A stretch of 15,876 nt of DNA from Promethearchaeota archaeon (GCA_019057865.1 JAHLWP010000059.1:1-15876); one strand, 5' to 3'. Counted from the stretch's first letter, positions 1 to 7,159 are shown. Numbers and translations are program-made. The notes: generated from the letters alone by a model not told the origin.

Positions 1-71
1 GAAAATGAATTCAGCTCAATGGATTTCTAACATCTAAATCCTTTGAGACTGTTTACTTTTTAAAGTATTTT

Positions 72-482
72 TTATTTACCGAGGAAATTTCTATTAGGCA
101 TACAATATGGGTAAGTTCTAAAGAATTTTGCGAATACAATTTCCCTATCAACGCCTTTTTCTAGCATCATCTTAAATCCTTTTATGTTATTTAAATTATT
201 CGAATAAATTGATTGCATTTCTTCCGAATGAGTTTTTAGCATAGTTGTTAAATCTTTTTTAGAATCAAGCACTTTTAGTTTTTCAATTCCTGTTTCTAAT
301 TCATCTTTTAGTTTATCGTAATTATTAATTAAAAATTTAAAATCTTTCTTACATCTTTCCACAATGGCAATTTGGTTTTGCTTAATTTCTGATTTTTCCA
401 ATCTAGAAAGTAATTTTGACAAATCTATAACACCCTCTTTATTTTTTTTTATTTTATTTCTATATTCACTATTATTTATCAT
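72..482 (-). CDS. Hypothetical helical/coiled-coil protein (136 aa)
   Basis: ATG-started Lys/Glu/Leu-rich ORF, 24 bp downstream of the TrmB stop on the same strand, so probably co-transcribed. No recognisable motif. Confidence 0.7.
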   Translation of the reverse strand: MINNSEYRNKIKKNKEGVIDLSKLLSRLEKSEIKQNQIAIVERCKKDFKFLINNYDKLKDELETGIEKLKVLDSKKDLTTMLKTHSEEMQSIYSNNLNNIKGFKMMLEKGVDREIVFAKFFRTYPYCMPNRNFLGK

Positions 483-506
483 TAAAAGTAATGAAAATTT
501 GGATAT

Positions 507-1406
507 TTATATTTTAGTAGTATTCTCAATAGCTTCAAATAACCAAATATTATTATACTTTTTTGCTAATTCCTCTGCTAAAATGGGGTCTAAAACGTTC
601 ATACAAGCAAAAATTTGAGTAGGGTTCAATGGATTTTGTAGTTTGATCAATACTCTACTATTATCAAAAATATCATAATATGTTAGGATTCTTTTATATA
701 TGAATTTCATTTCAAATCCATCTATTTTTGGAGATAACCCAAATAAATCATTTAAAGATTTAATCAGCCTTTCGAAAAGAATATGATTTTTAATCTTTTG
801 TTCATTTGAGAGGGTCCTCTCATCATATTCAAAACTCCATAAATATTTTACTTGAACACCTCGATTTAATGCATTTAAGATTCCTTTGTAGAAGTTTTTA
901 GCAAAAGGAAGAACTTTAACTGTATTATCATTTAAAAAACCAGTCATCAATAAATTATCCTTTAATACATTAAATTTTTTAGTGTATAGTGATAACATAT
1001 TTTCTGCTCCAAAAGCAGTGGACCAAAAGACTTTTGATGATTCTCGTTTAATATAAATATTAGAATTATAAATTTTTGATTCTAACTCCTTTGCTTGATT
1101 ATGGAGAAAGGAAATCCTTCTTTGATTTTCTTTCTCAATTTTGGATATTAAATTTTCGAATGCTTGGTTGAACGAGATAGCTCTATATTTTTTTGGTCTT
1201 GAATCTTGGATTTCAATCATTCCATAGTCATTTAAAACCTCTAAAACTTCATATATCCTTCCAGTTGTCACTCTTGATCGTTTGCTTAATTCCCTTGCAG
1301 TTAATTCATTTGATTGTAATAATACTAAATAGACATTTATTTCATAATTGGAGAGATGTGAGTTTTTTAAGAATTCTTTCAACTCATCTTTTATAATATT
1401 TGTCAT
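507..1406 (-). CDS. TrmB-family transcriptional regulator (N-terminal wHTH plus C-terminal effector-binding domain)
   Basis: N-terminal signature LSNYEINVYLVLL...TARELSKRSRVTTGRIYEVLEVL...GMIEIQDSRPKKYRAI, followed by a coiled-coil linker and a C-terminal domain (ALNRGVQVKYL...YDIFDNSRVLI), typical of TrmB. Confidence 0.9.
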   Translation of the reverse strand: MTNIIKDELKEFLKNSHLSNYEINVYLVLLQSNELTARELSKRSRVTTGRIYEVLEVLNDYGMIEIQDSRPKKYRAISFNQAFENLISKIEKENQRRISFLHNQAKELESKIYNSNIYIKRESSKVFWSTAFGAENMLSLYTKKFNVLKDNLLMTGFLNDNTVKVLPFAKNFYKGILNALNRGVQVKYLWSFEYDERTLSNEQKIKNHILFERLIKSLNDLFGLSPKIDGFEMKFIYKRILTYYDIFDNSRVLIKLQNPLNPTQIFACMNVLDPILAEELAKKYNNIWLFEAIENTTKI

Positions 1407-1426
1407 TTAGATCATTCTAGAAATTT

Positions 1427-1443
1427 CAACTAAAAAAGTGTTG
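1427..1443. promoter_or_regulatory. Palindromic operator box 1 (CAACT-AAAAAAG-TGTTG)
   Basis: One-mismatch palindrome lying between a minus-strand TATA-like ATATAAAA (1451-1458) and the trmB ATG (1406). One of four copies. Confidence 0.7.
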
Positions 1444-1497
1444 TTCTATGTTTTATATTTCTTTATTTTATTTTAATTATTTTCACATTTTATATTT

Positions 1498-1514
1498 CAA
1501 CTTAAAAAAAGTTG
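1498..1514. promoter_or_regulatory. Palindromic operator box 2 (CAACT-TAAAAAA-AGTTG)
   Basis: Perfect half-sites, 71 bp from box 1, upstream of a TATA-like TTATTAAA (~1529-1536) and the ATG at 1575. Confidence 0.75.
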
Positions 1515-1574
1515 TCTTTAGTAGGAAATTATTAAAATATTACTATAATTTATGAATCTTAAAGGGGTATATTC

Positions 1575-1834
1575 ATGAATGTAATAATAATATATTTTTC
1601 TCAAACAGGTAATACTGAAAAAATTGCTAATAGAATTAAGGGAGGTATATTAGAAAGTGGGAATAAATGCAAGCTGATCCCAATTAAAAAAGAAATAAAA
1701 TTAAAAGAAAGTGAATTAATTTTCCATCTATCAATGTTAGAACATGTTTTTTTATATTAAAAACTAATGAAGGGTGGAAATGTACAGAAAGAGGGATTAT
1801 GTTTTTAGAAAATGTCATATTTAGTAAGTTATGA
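1575..1834 (+). pseudogene. Chimeric relic: flavodoxin-like N-terminus fused to the C-terminal half of a winged-HTH protein, with a frameshift
   Basis: MNVIIIYFSQTGNTEKIA is the flavodoxin FMN-phosphate loop (SxTGNT), preceded by an AGGGG RBS at 1563-1567. After about 38 aa the sequence switches to IKKEIKLKESELIFHLSMLEHV. Adding one T to the T7 run at 1747-1753 continues it as FFILKTNEGWKCTERGIMFLENVIFSKL* (stop 1832-1834), which resembles an ArsR-like recognition helix plus wing. Confidence 0.65.
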
Positions 1835-1870
1835 ATATTGAAATTCTTCCTTAATAATTTAATTAAATTG

Positions 1871-3010
1871 GTGAAAACTATAGATCTAAAATATTTATTT
1901 CGAACTGGAAAGATTGGAAACGTTATAATTAAAAATAGAATTGTCCGATCAGCTACATATGAAAAAAGAGCGACTAAACATGGACATATTACCGAACACT
2001 TAATCAAAATGTACACTGATTTGGCTAAAGGAGGGACAGGGCTAATAATTACTGGGACTATTGCAGTAGATCCTACAGGAACAGGCAGTCCTTATCAAGC
2101 ATATCTATTTGATGATTCTTATATACCCGGTCAAAAGAAACTAGTTGATATTGTGCATGAATATTCTGATGTAAAAATTGCTGCTCAAATAGGTCACACA
2201 GGTCGTCAAGGGATTCATCCAAAGTATCCTCCCATAGCGCCATCTCCAGTTCCATTAAGGTATAGTAAACAAATCCCTAAAGAATTAACGTCTGAGGAGA
2301 TTAAAGTCCTTATTGAGAAGTTTGTTAATACTAGCTGCAGAACTTATGAGAGTGGTTATGATATGGTACAACTTCATGCTGCGCATGGTTATTTACTAAG
2401 CAATTTCATTTCACCATACACAAATAAACGGAAAGATGAATTTGGTGGGAATATTCAGAATCGTACAAAGATCTTGGTTGACATATATAATCAAATAAGA
2501 GAAGAAGTAGGAAAAAAATTTCCAATTATTACTAAATTGCAAACTCAAGATTTCGTTCCTGGAGGCTTATCATTAAATGAGTCAAAACAAATTACCAAAA
2601 TTCTTGTTGATACTGGATATGCTGCAATTGAACCTAGTGGTGGCATGCTAGAGACAATGGAAGGAGTAAATACATATCCCAGTAAATTTATTAAATCTTC
2701 CAATGATGAAAATTATTTTTTACCAACTGCTAAGATACTAAAACCAATAATGGAAAATTGCTCTTTAATTTTAGTTGGAGGAATCCGAAATCCTTTATCA
2801 GCAGAAAAAATTCTAAAAGAAAATTTTGCTGACTATATATCAATGTGTAGACCTTTATTGCGTGAACCAGATTTGCCTAATCGTTGGAAAAATGGTGATA
2901 TTTCTCCCGCAAAATGTATTAGCTGTAATTCTTGTTATAACACAATGATGACGAGTGAAGTTTACTGTGTTGTTAAACAAAAATTAGAAGAAAAAAACTT
3001 TGATTCATAA
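1871..3010 (+). CDS. NADH:flavin oxidoreductase, Old Yellow Enzyme family, with C-terminal Cys cluster
   Basis: IKNRIVRSAT, AKGGTGLIITG, QIGHTGRQ, GYDMVQLHAAHGYLLSNFISP, NKRKDEFGG, RPLLREPDL, and CISCNSC...YC (probable Fe-S ligands). GTG at 1871 is a more plausible start than TTG at 1838. Confidence 0.93.
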   Translation: MKTIDLKYLFRTGKIGNVIIKNRIVRSATYEKRATKHGHITEHLIKMYTDLAKGGTGLIITGTIAVDPTGTGSPYQAYLFDDSYIPGQKKLVDIVHEYSDVKIAAQIGHTGRQGIHPKYPPIAPSPVPLRYSKQIPKELTSEEIKVLIEKFVNTSCRTYESGYDMVQLHAAHGYLLSNFISPYTNKRKDEFGGNIQNRTKILVDIYNQIREEVGKKFPIITKLQTQDFVPGGLSLNESKQITKILVDTGYAAIEPSGGMLETMEGVNTYPSKFIKSSNDENYFLPTAKILKPIMENCSLILVGGIRNPLSAEKILKENFADYISMCRPLLREPDLPNRWKNGDISPAKCISCNSCYNTMMTSEVYCVVKQKLEEKNFDS

Positions 3011-3013
3011 TTT

Positions 3014-3030
3014 CAACTAAAAAAGAGTTG
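3014..3030. promoter_or_regulatory. Palindromic operator box 3 (CAACT-AAAAAAG-AGTTG)
   Basis: Perfect half-sites (extends to TCAACT/AGTTGA). 3009-3030 is 21/22 identical to 1422-1443. Confidence 0.7.
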
Positions 3031-3084
3031 ATATTGAAGCTAATATAATTTATTTCCTCCAAATTTAAAACTTTCTTATATTTT

Positions 3085-3101
3085 CAACTTAGAAAAAGTT
3101 G
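3085..3101. promoter_or_regulatory. Palindromic operator box 4 (CAACT-TAGAAAA-AGTTG)
   Basis: 71 bp from box 3. 3082-3102 is 20/21 identical to 1495-1515. Lies upstream of TATA-like TTTAAA (3120-3125) and the ATG at 3148. Confidence 0.75.
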
Positions 3102-3147
3102 TTAATGATCGAAAAACAATTTAAACAAAAGAAGAAATATCAGAGAT

Positions 3148-3390
3148 ATGGAGGTAAAAGCTAATTTATTATCCTCAGTTAATAATGAAAAAAAAATAGA
3201 AATCCTTAGAAAAAATTGGATGTCCCACGAAGCGAGATATCAGATGGCAATTGTTCAGGAGCTTGGCTGGGAAAGGGCTAACAATATTAACAAGACTGTA
3301 ATCTATGAAATGGGTAAGGTAATGATGTACAGATTAATGAATATTAATGGTAGATGTTATAGAGATTACACTTTTTACTTCAATGAATGA
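3148..3390 (+). pseudogene. Truncated DUF6125-like protein (N-terminal half), paralogue of the next gene
   Basis: ILRKNWMSHEARYQMAIVQELGWERANNINKTVIYEMGKVMMYRLMN aligns ungapped with ILQMCWAQHDGQWFLKSKKEYGIEEANQLNQKVVFSMGKIEAKHILN of 3434..3949. Similarity then stops and the Cys-containing C-terminal half is missing. Confidence 0.7.
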
Positions 3391-3433
3391 TTAAATGAAT
3401 ATTTATAGAAATAAGAATTGAGATGATGAAATT

Positions 3434-3949
3434 ATGGAATTAATATTAAAAGAAAAATATAAAATCCCCTTAGCGACCCAGAAATTTATACTGCAAATGT
3501 GCTGGGCTCAACATGATGGACAATGGTTCTTAAAATCAAAAAAGGAGTATGGTATTGAAGAAGCAAATCAATTGAACCAAAAAGTAGTATTTTCAATGGG
3601 AAAAATAGAAGCAAAGCATATTTTAAATGCTTTAGGAATCAAAAAAGGAGCAATTAAATCAATTTCTGAACTCTTTAAACTCATAAATACTTTCATGGAT
3701 GTAATCATTCCCAAAATAATGAAATTCAAGTTCATTGTTCATTCTAAAAATGAAGGTTTAGCTATTGTTAACAAATGTTTTATTTGGAAAGAAGTAGAAA
3801 AATCTAAAGAAGCAACAGAATATAAATGCGCATGCAACTTTAGACATCGGGGTTGGCTCGAAGCAATGGGGGTTAATGGTGAAATTATTCCCTTAAAACG
3901 CAAATCAAACGGAGATAATATGTGTAAATTCAAATTTATATTGACGTAG
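3434..3949 (+). CDS. DUF6125-like protein (V4R / L-2-amino-thiazoline-4-carboxylate-hydrolase-like fold)
   Basis: WxxHDGxWF motif, GIEEANQLN, and conserved-looking Cys pattern KCFIW...CAC...GW...CKFKF. Confidence 0.72.
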   Translation: MELILKEKYKIPLATQKFILQMCWAQHDGQWFLKSKKEYGIEEANQLNQKVVFSMGKIEAKHILNALGIKKGAIKSISELFKLINTFMDVIIPKIMKFKFIVHSKNEGLAIVNKCFIWKEVEKSKEATEYKCACNFRHRGWLEAMGVNGEIIPLKRKSNGDNMCKFKFILT

Positions 3950-3983
3950 AGTATTGATATACAAAATTAACTATTATATATTT

Positions 3984-4694
3984 TTAGCAATTGTATATAA
4001 AATTCTTTATAATCTCCTCACCTATAGTCTTAGTCTTATTAACTATAGCCTTATCATAAACTTTAGTAAAATTATTATTACTATAATGAGTTTCTGGGTG
4101 GAATTGGATTGAAAAAATTGGTCTTTTAAGATGACGCATGTATTGTACAGTTTTATAACCATCTATCTCTTTTGCTGCTATTATTTGGAAAGTACTTCGA
4201 ATATGAGGATCGTTGGGTAATAAATAATCACGATGATGGATGTTCACTGGGATTTCATCATAAGGTATCAATTCATCTGATTTATTTAGCGATATCGAAA
4301 TAATCTGACTCCCACTATCTGGTATATTCATTCTTAGGATTTTCCCATTAAAGGCATACGCTATTAAGTGTAATCCGAAACAAATTGCTAAGATTGGCTT
4401 TTGATTCTTTTTTTGAATTAACTGTATTTCAGGTTTGAATTTCTTTCTTAAATTTTTATTAATATAGAATTCTGATGCATTAAAGTTAGAACCTGATAAT
4501 ATGTAGCCACTAATACCTTTCAGATGGTTTATATCCAATTTTGAATAATGAAGAGTTTTTAAATCGATACTTGGAAAATTTTCTTTGATAATATCTTTAA
4601 TTCTTTCAATACGTTCAGTTAGAAAGTTAAGTTGATAATTATCTATGAGACATATAACCTTATCGTTTTTTATCGCTTTCTTTTCTTCATTCAT
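3984..4694 (-). CDS. Class I glutamine amidotransferase-like protein (GMP synthase A subunit / peptidase C26-like)
   Basis: LIDN, ILSGS, nucleophile elbow PILAICFGLHLIA and QFHPE give a Cys-His-Glu triad. Confidence 0.88.
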   Translation of the reverse strand: MNEEKKAIKNDKVICLIDNYQLNFLTERIERIKDIIKENFPSIDLKTLHYSKLDINHLKGISGYILSGSNFNASEFYINKNLRKKFKPEIQLIQKKNQKPILAICFGLHLIAYAFNGKILRMNIPDSGSQIISISLNKSDELIPYDEIPVNIHHRDYLLPNDPHIRSTFQIIAAKEIDGYKTVQYMRHLKRPIFSIQFHPETHYSNNNFTKVYDKAIVNKTKTIGEEIIKNFIYNC

Positions 4695-4711
4695 TATTTC
4701 GATAACATCTT

Positions 4712-5107
4712 TTATTTAAGATATGAATCAATAAGAGACTGAGAGGGGCAATATACATAAGCAAGAAGCCCCTCCCCTTCTAATGTTTTCACATTTACTA
4801 AGAGCCTATGATATAAAGATCCTTCACCTTCGATTACATCAATCTCTTGAAATAGTGAATTATTTAAGCCAAAATATACTTCACCTTTTACTTTAGATTT
4901 CTTGTCTGGTATAATAATTGGAAATCCTAAATGTGAAAGGGAAATTTTTCGGTATCCAGATAAGCTAGCTTTTTGGAATGTTAATCCCTTAAGTATATAA
5001 TTACGACTCTGTCCATTTTGTAAGGTTCCATAAACAAAAAGTTTATCACATTCTTGACTTTTATTTTTTTGTATTTCACTGTGATTATTTCTATTGGTGA
5101 ATTTCAT
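4712..5107 (-). CDS. Gamma-glutamylcyclotransferase (AIG2/YtfP-like)
   Basis: LFVYGTL, VKGEVY, IDVIEG...YHR and AYVY motifs. Confidence 0.9.
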   Translation of the reverse strand: MKFTNRNNHSEIQKNKSQECDKLFVYGTLQNGQSRNYILKGLTFQKASLSGYRKISLSHLGFPIIIPDKKSKVKGEVYFGLNNSLFQEIDVIEGEGSLYHRLLVNVKTLEGEGLLAYVYCPSQSLIDSYLK

Positions 5108-5188
5108 TTTATTCTCATCTGTTTTGGTGTTACCAATAATTCCACCATCAATATTTAAGAATTGTCTTGCTATATCTTTTAAATATTT
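5108..5188 (-). pseudogene. Possible 3' relic of a short-chain dehydrogenase gene
   Basis: Start-less open frame KYLKDIARQFLNIDGGIIGNTKTDENK resembles the SDR C-terminal (I)TGQxxx(V/I)DGG motif. It is in frame with the GGCT ATG. Confidence 0.35.
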
Positions 5189-5214
5189 TTAAATTAATTA
5201 TTATTTTATATTAG

Positions 5215-5312
5215 AAAGAAAATAAAGAAATAGGAGTATATGATTAGATCCAGAAGCAGAATATGAATTAAATCTTAAAATAGGTGATGTATTTCATGTA
5301 TTTAAATTTTAA
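5215..5312 (+). pseudogene. Frameshifted coding relic (SH3-like pattern)
   Basis: KENKEIGVYD, then 2 nt (5245-5246), then DPEAEYELNLKIGDVFHVFKF*. Composition is coding-like within very AT-rich intergenic DNA. Confidence 0.3.
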
Positions 5313-5392
5313 GAGATAAAAGGTTTTAATATTAAAAGAAAAATAATAATTTAATAGCCTGAATTAAGATTTTATTTTAAAAAAAACTTTAA

Positions 5393-5418
5393 TGTCAAAC
5401 CCCACTCACTCGACAAAA
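5393..5418 (+). repeat. IS terminal inverted repeat (transposase 3' side)
   Basis: TGTCAAACCCCACTCACTCGACAAAA. Confidence 0.88.
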
Positions 5419-5422
5419 TAGA

Positions 5423-7072
5423 TTAGGTCCTCTCTAGTTGAGTCAGATTATCTTTAAATTGGGTAAAGTTTCCTGTGTCTTTTTCTCTAATTCTCCACGT
5501 ACGCCTTACTGTTGCGTACTGCGCGTTAAATTCTTTCCTTTGGGCTTCAACAAGTGGGGTTTCGCACGCTAACAACACGCTTGTAACGCTTTTTTTCGTA
5601 AAATCGATATCTAATAGCTGGACATGCAGTCCTCCGTGGTTCAGAAATGCTTTTGCGACATTTTCACGTCCCAAAAGGGCTTTGAAATGATGCTTGCTGC
5701 GGTGAAACAGCTGCTCCTTGGCGTTATTGGTAAAATCTAATTCCTCGACATCGTAAGCTTTGTATAATCCCTCACTATAAGAATTCACTAACCGAATCCA
5801 TTGTTGCCATATTTCCTCACAACTTAACTTGAAAGAATGTTGCCGCCACTTGATGTTCTGAGGATTATATTCCAATTTTCTCCTTTTCAAACGGCTCTGG
5901 AGTTTGTAAACCCATTTTTTCGCTTCTTTCTCGATTTGAAAAGATTTATTCCCCCTTTTGGCCAAAATCTTACGAATCTGCTGAAAATCAGGTATCAAGG
6001 AGGTTATCTCCTCTCGTAAATGACGATTCTCTTTAAGTAAATTCTTTAATGCTGCAAGAAGAGCGTTCAATGTGCGAGAAACTTTCGGAGTGAGTTCCAT
6101 TTCCTCAAATTGTTCCAACCGTGATATAACATATTCTAAATTCGCATAGGTTTCGATTCCCGGAAACACATCGAATCGATCGCCATATGTGGAGATGGCA
6201 CATTTCAGCTCCTCGCTAATGGGACGAAACAACTTATAGAGCTCGTTTGAATCGGCGTGTTTACTATTTTGGACAATTGAGAGTTGTCTTACGGATTTCC
6301 GAAGAGTTTTCTTGAGATGCGAATCTTTCGAAGCAATAGGCTCGGTAACATGGTTAAGGAAGTGGTACTGGCAATACGCATGTGGGATATCTGGTTTGAA
6401 TTGCTTAACACCATTTACAATGTTTTTTTGCTTGTCGGAAATGATGGCTACGATGGGAACATTGTAGAGCAGTTCAATTTCTCGAAATAAAGCATATAAC
6501 GTGGATGCGGGAGCAGACTCTAAGTTCCTTGCAAGGAGCACGTTTCCCGTAAGGCGATCAGAAAAGACCCAAAGAGAAGGCTCATGCTTAACTGGTTGGG
6601 CACCATCAAGCGATAAAATGATCCTTCCGCTTAGCTGGACCTCTTTTAGGACTCTTTTGTCTGTGTATTGCTTTCCTGCCATTTCAAAAAATTCACAGAT
6701 GCTTCTCACCGTGTTCCTCGAAATTGACACGTCCCAATCGTCCCACATGAGTTCGATAATGGTGGAATAATTGAGATGATGCTTGAAATGGTGTTGTATT
6801 ACCTTTGCCCATACCTCCAAGGAAAATCGCTTCCGTTGCATAGCAGAATGATATGCTGCTGGAAATGCCTCATGCATTTCACACTTAGGATTAGTACAAC
6901 TATAATAATTGGTCACCACCCATATAGATCCCTTCAAAGTGATAATTTTCCTGCCTCCATTATTGAATTCGTGTCGAAGTTGCGAAGAACATAAGGGACA
7001 GATCAATCCTTCTTTAGAATCCCAATAGGTGTGGATTGTAGCTTTTTTAATTTCAGAAGGTTTTGCTGGCAT
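5423..7072 (-). CDS. DDE transposase with N-terminal zinc ribbon and CxxH motif (Mutator/IS256/ISL3-related)
   Basis: CPLC...CTNPKC zinc ribbon; HTH region (VSISRNTVRSI); D1 in ILSLDG; D2 in AIISD; HAYCQYH (CxxH); E in TNNAKE. ATG at 7072 (MPAKP) is preferred over TTG at 7120. Frame is intact. Confidence 0.9.
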   Translation of the reverse strand: MPAKPSEIKKATIHTYWDSKEGLICPLCSSQLRHEFNNGGRKIITLKGSIWVVTNYYSCTNPKCEMHEAFPAAYHSAMQRKRFSLEVWAKVIQHHFKHHLNYSTIIELMWDDWDVSISRNTVRSICEFFEMAGKQYTDKRVLKEVQLSGRIILSLDGAQPVKHEPSLWVFSDRLTGNVLLARNLESAPASTLYALFREIELLYNVPIVAIISDKQKNIVNGVKQFKPDIPHAYCQYHFLNHVTEPIASKDSHLKKTLRKSVRQLSIVQNSKHADSNELYKLFRPISEELKCAISTYGDRFDVFPGIETYANLEYVISRLEQFEEMELTPKVSRTLNALLAALKNLLKENRHLREEITSLIPDFQQIRKILAKRGNKSFQIEKEAKKWVYKLQSRLKRRKLEYNPQNIKWRQHSFKLSCEEIWQQWIRLVNSYSEGLYKAYDVEELDFTNNAKEQLFHRSKHHFKALLGRENVAKAFLNHGGLHVQLLDIDFTKKSVTSVLLACETPLVEAQRKEFNAQYATVRRTWRIREKDTGNFTQFKDNLTQLERT

Positions 7073-7133
7073 TAAATAAAATAAGGATTTAACGAAGATA
7101 AACCTTTCTATTAAGCTCAAAGAGCCAAGTTAT

Positions 7134-7159
7134 TTTTGTCGGGTGAGTGTTATTTGACA
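7134..7159 (-). repeat. IS terminal inverted repeat (transposase 5' side)
   Basis: Reverse complement reads TGTCAAATAACACTCACCCGACAAAA. Confidence 0.88.

Larger units (their letters stand above)
5393..7159. mobile_element. Insertion sequence, Mutator-like DDE type (family unassigned), 1767 bp
   Basis: 26-bp imperfect terminal inverted repeats (22/26) enclose a single transposase. TG...CA ends are flanked by TTAA at 5389-5392 and 7160-7163. Visibly more GC-rich than the flanks. Exact ends are uncertain by 1-2 bp, or up to 15 bp if the outer symmetry belongs to the element. Confidence 0.9.

Noticed and set aside
1-37. 3' end of a plus-strand gene entering the window
   Set aside because: Two frames are open for only 10-12 codons (ENEFSSMDF*, KMNSAQWISNI*) and cannot be told apart.
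1778-1818. Degenerate ferredoxin CxxCxxCxxxC motif (KCTE..GLCF..KCH)
   Set aside because: Needs two frameshifts and a stop; the single-frame wHTH reading explains the sequence better.
1422-3102. TTTCAAC...GTTG repeats at 71-bp period as mini-CRISPR arrays
   Set aside because: Only two ~21-bp units per locus, 'spacers' of ~50 bp of promoter-like AT-rich DNA, no cas genes, and positions that fit operators.
5232-5266. AGGAG-preceded 8-aa mini-ORF MIRSRSRI
   Set aside because: Too short to support, and it overlaps the longer coding relic in another frame.
5378-5392. IS target palindrome as a fifth TrmB box
   Set aside because: The empty site has AACT-N4-AGTT, lacking the outer C/G and the 7-bp spacer.
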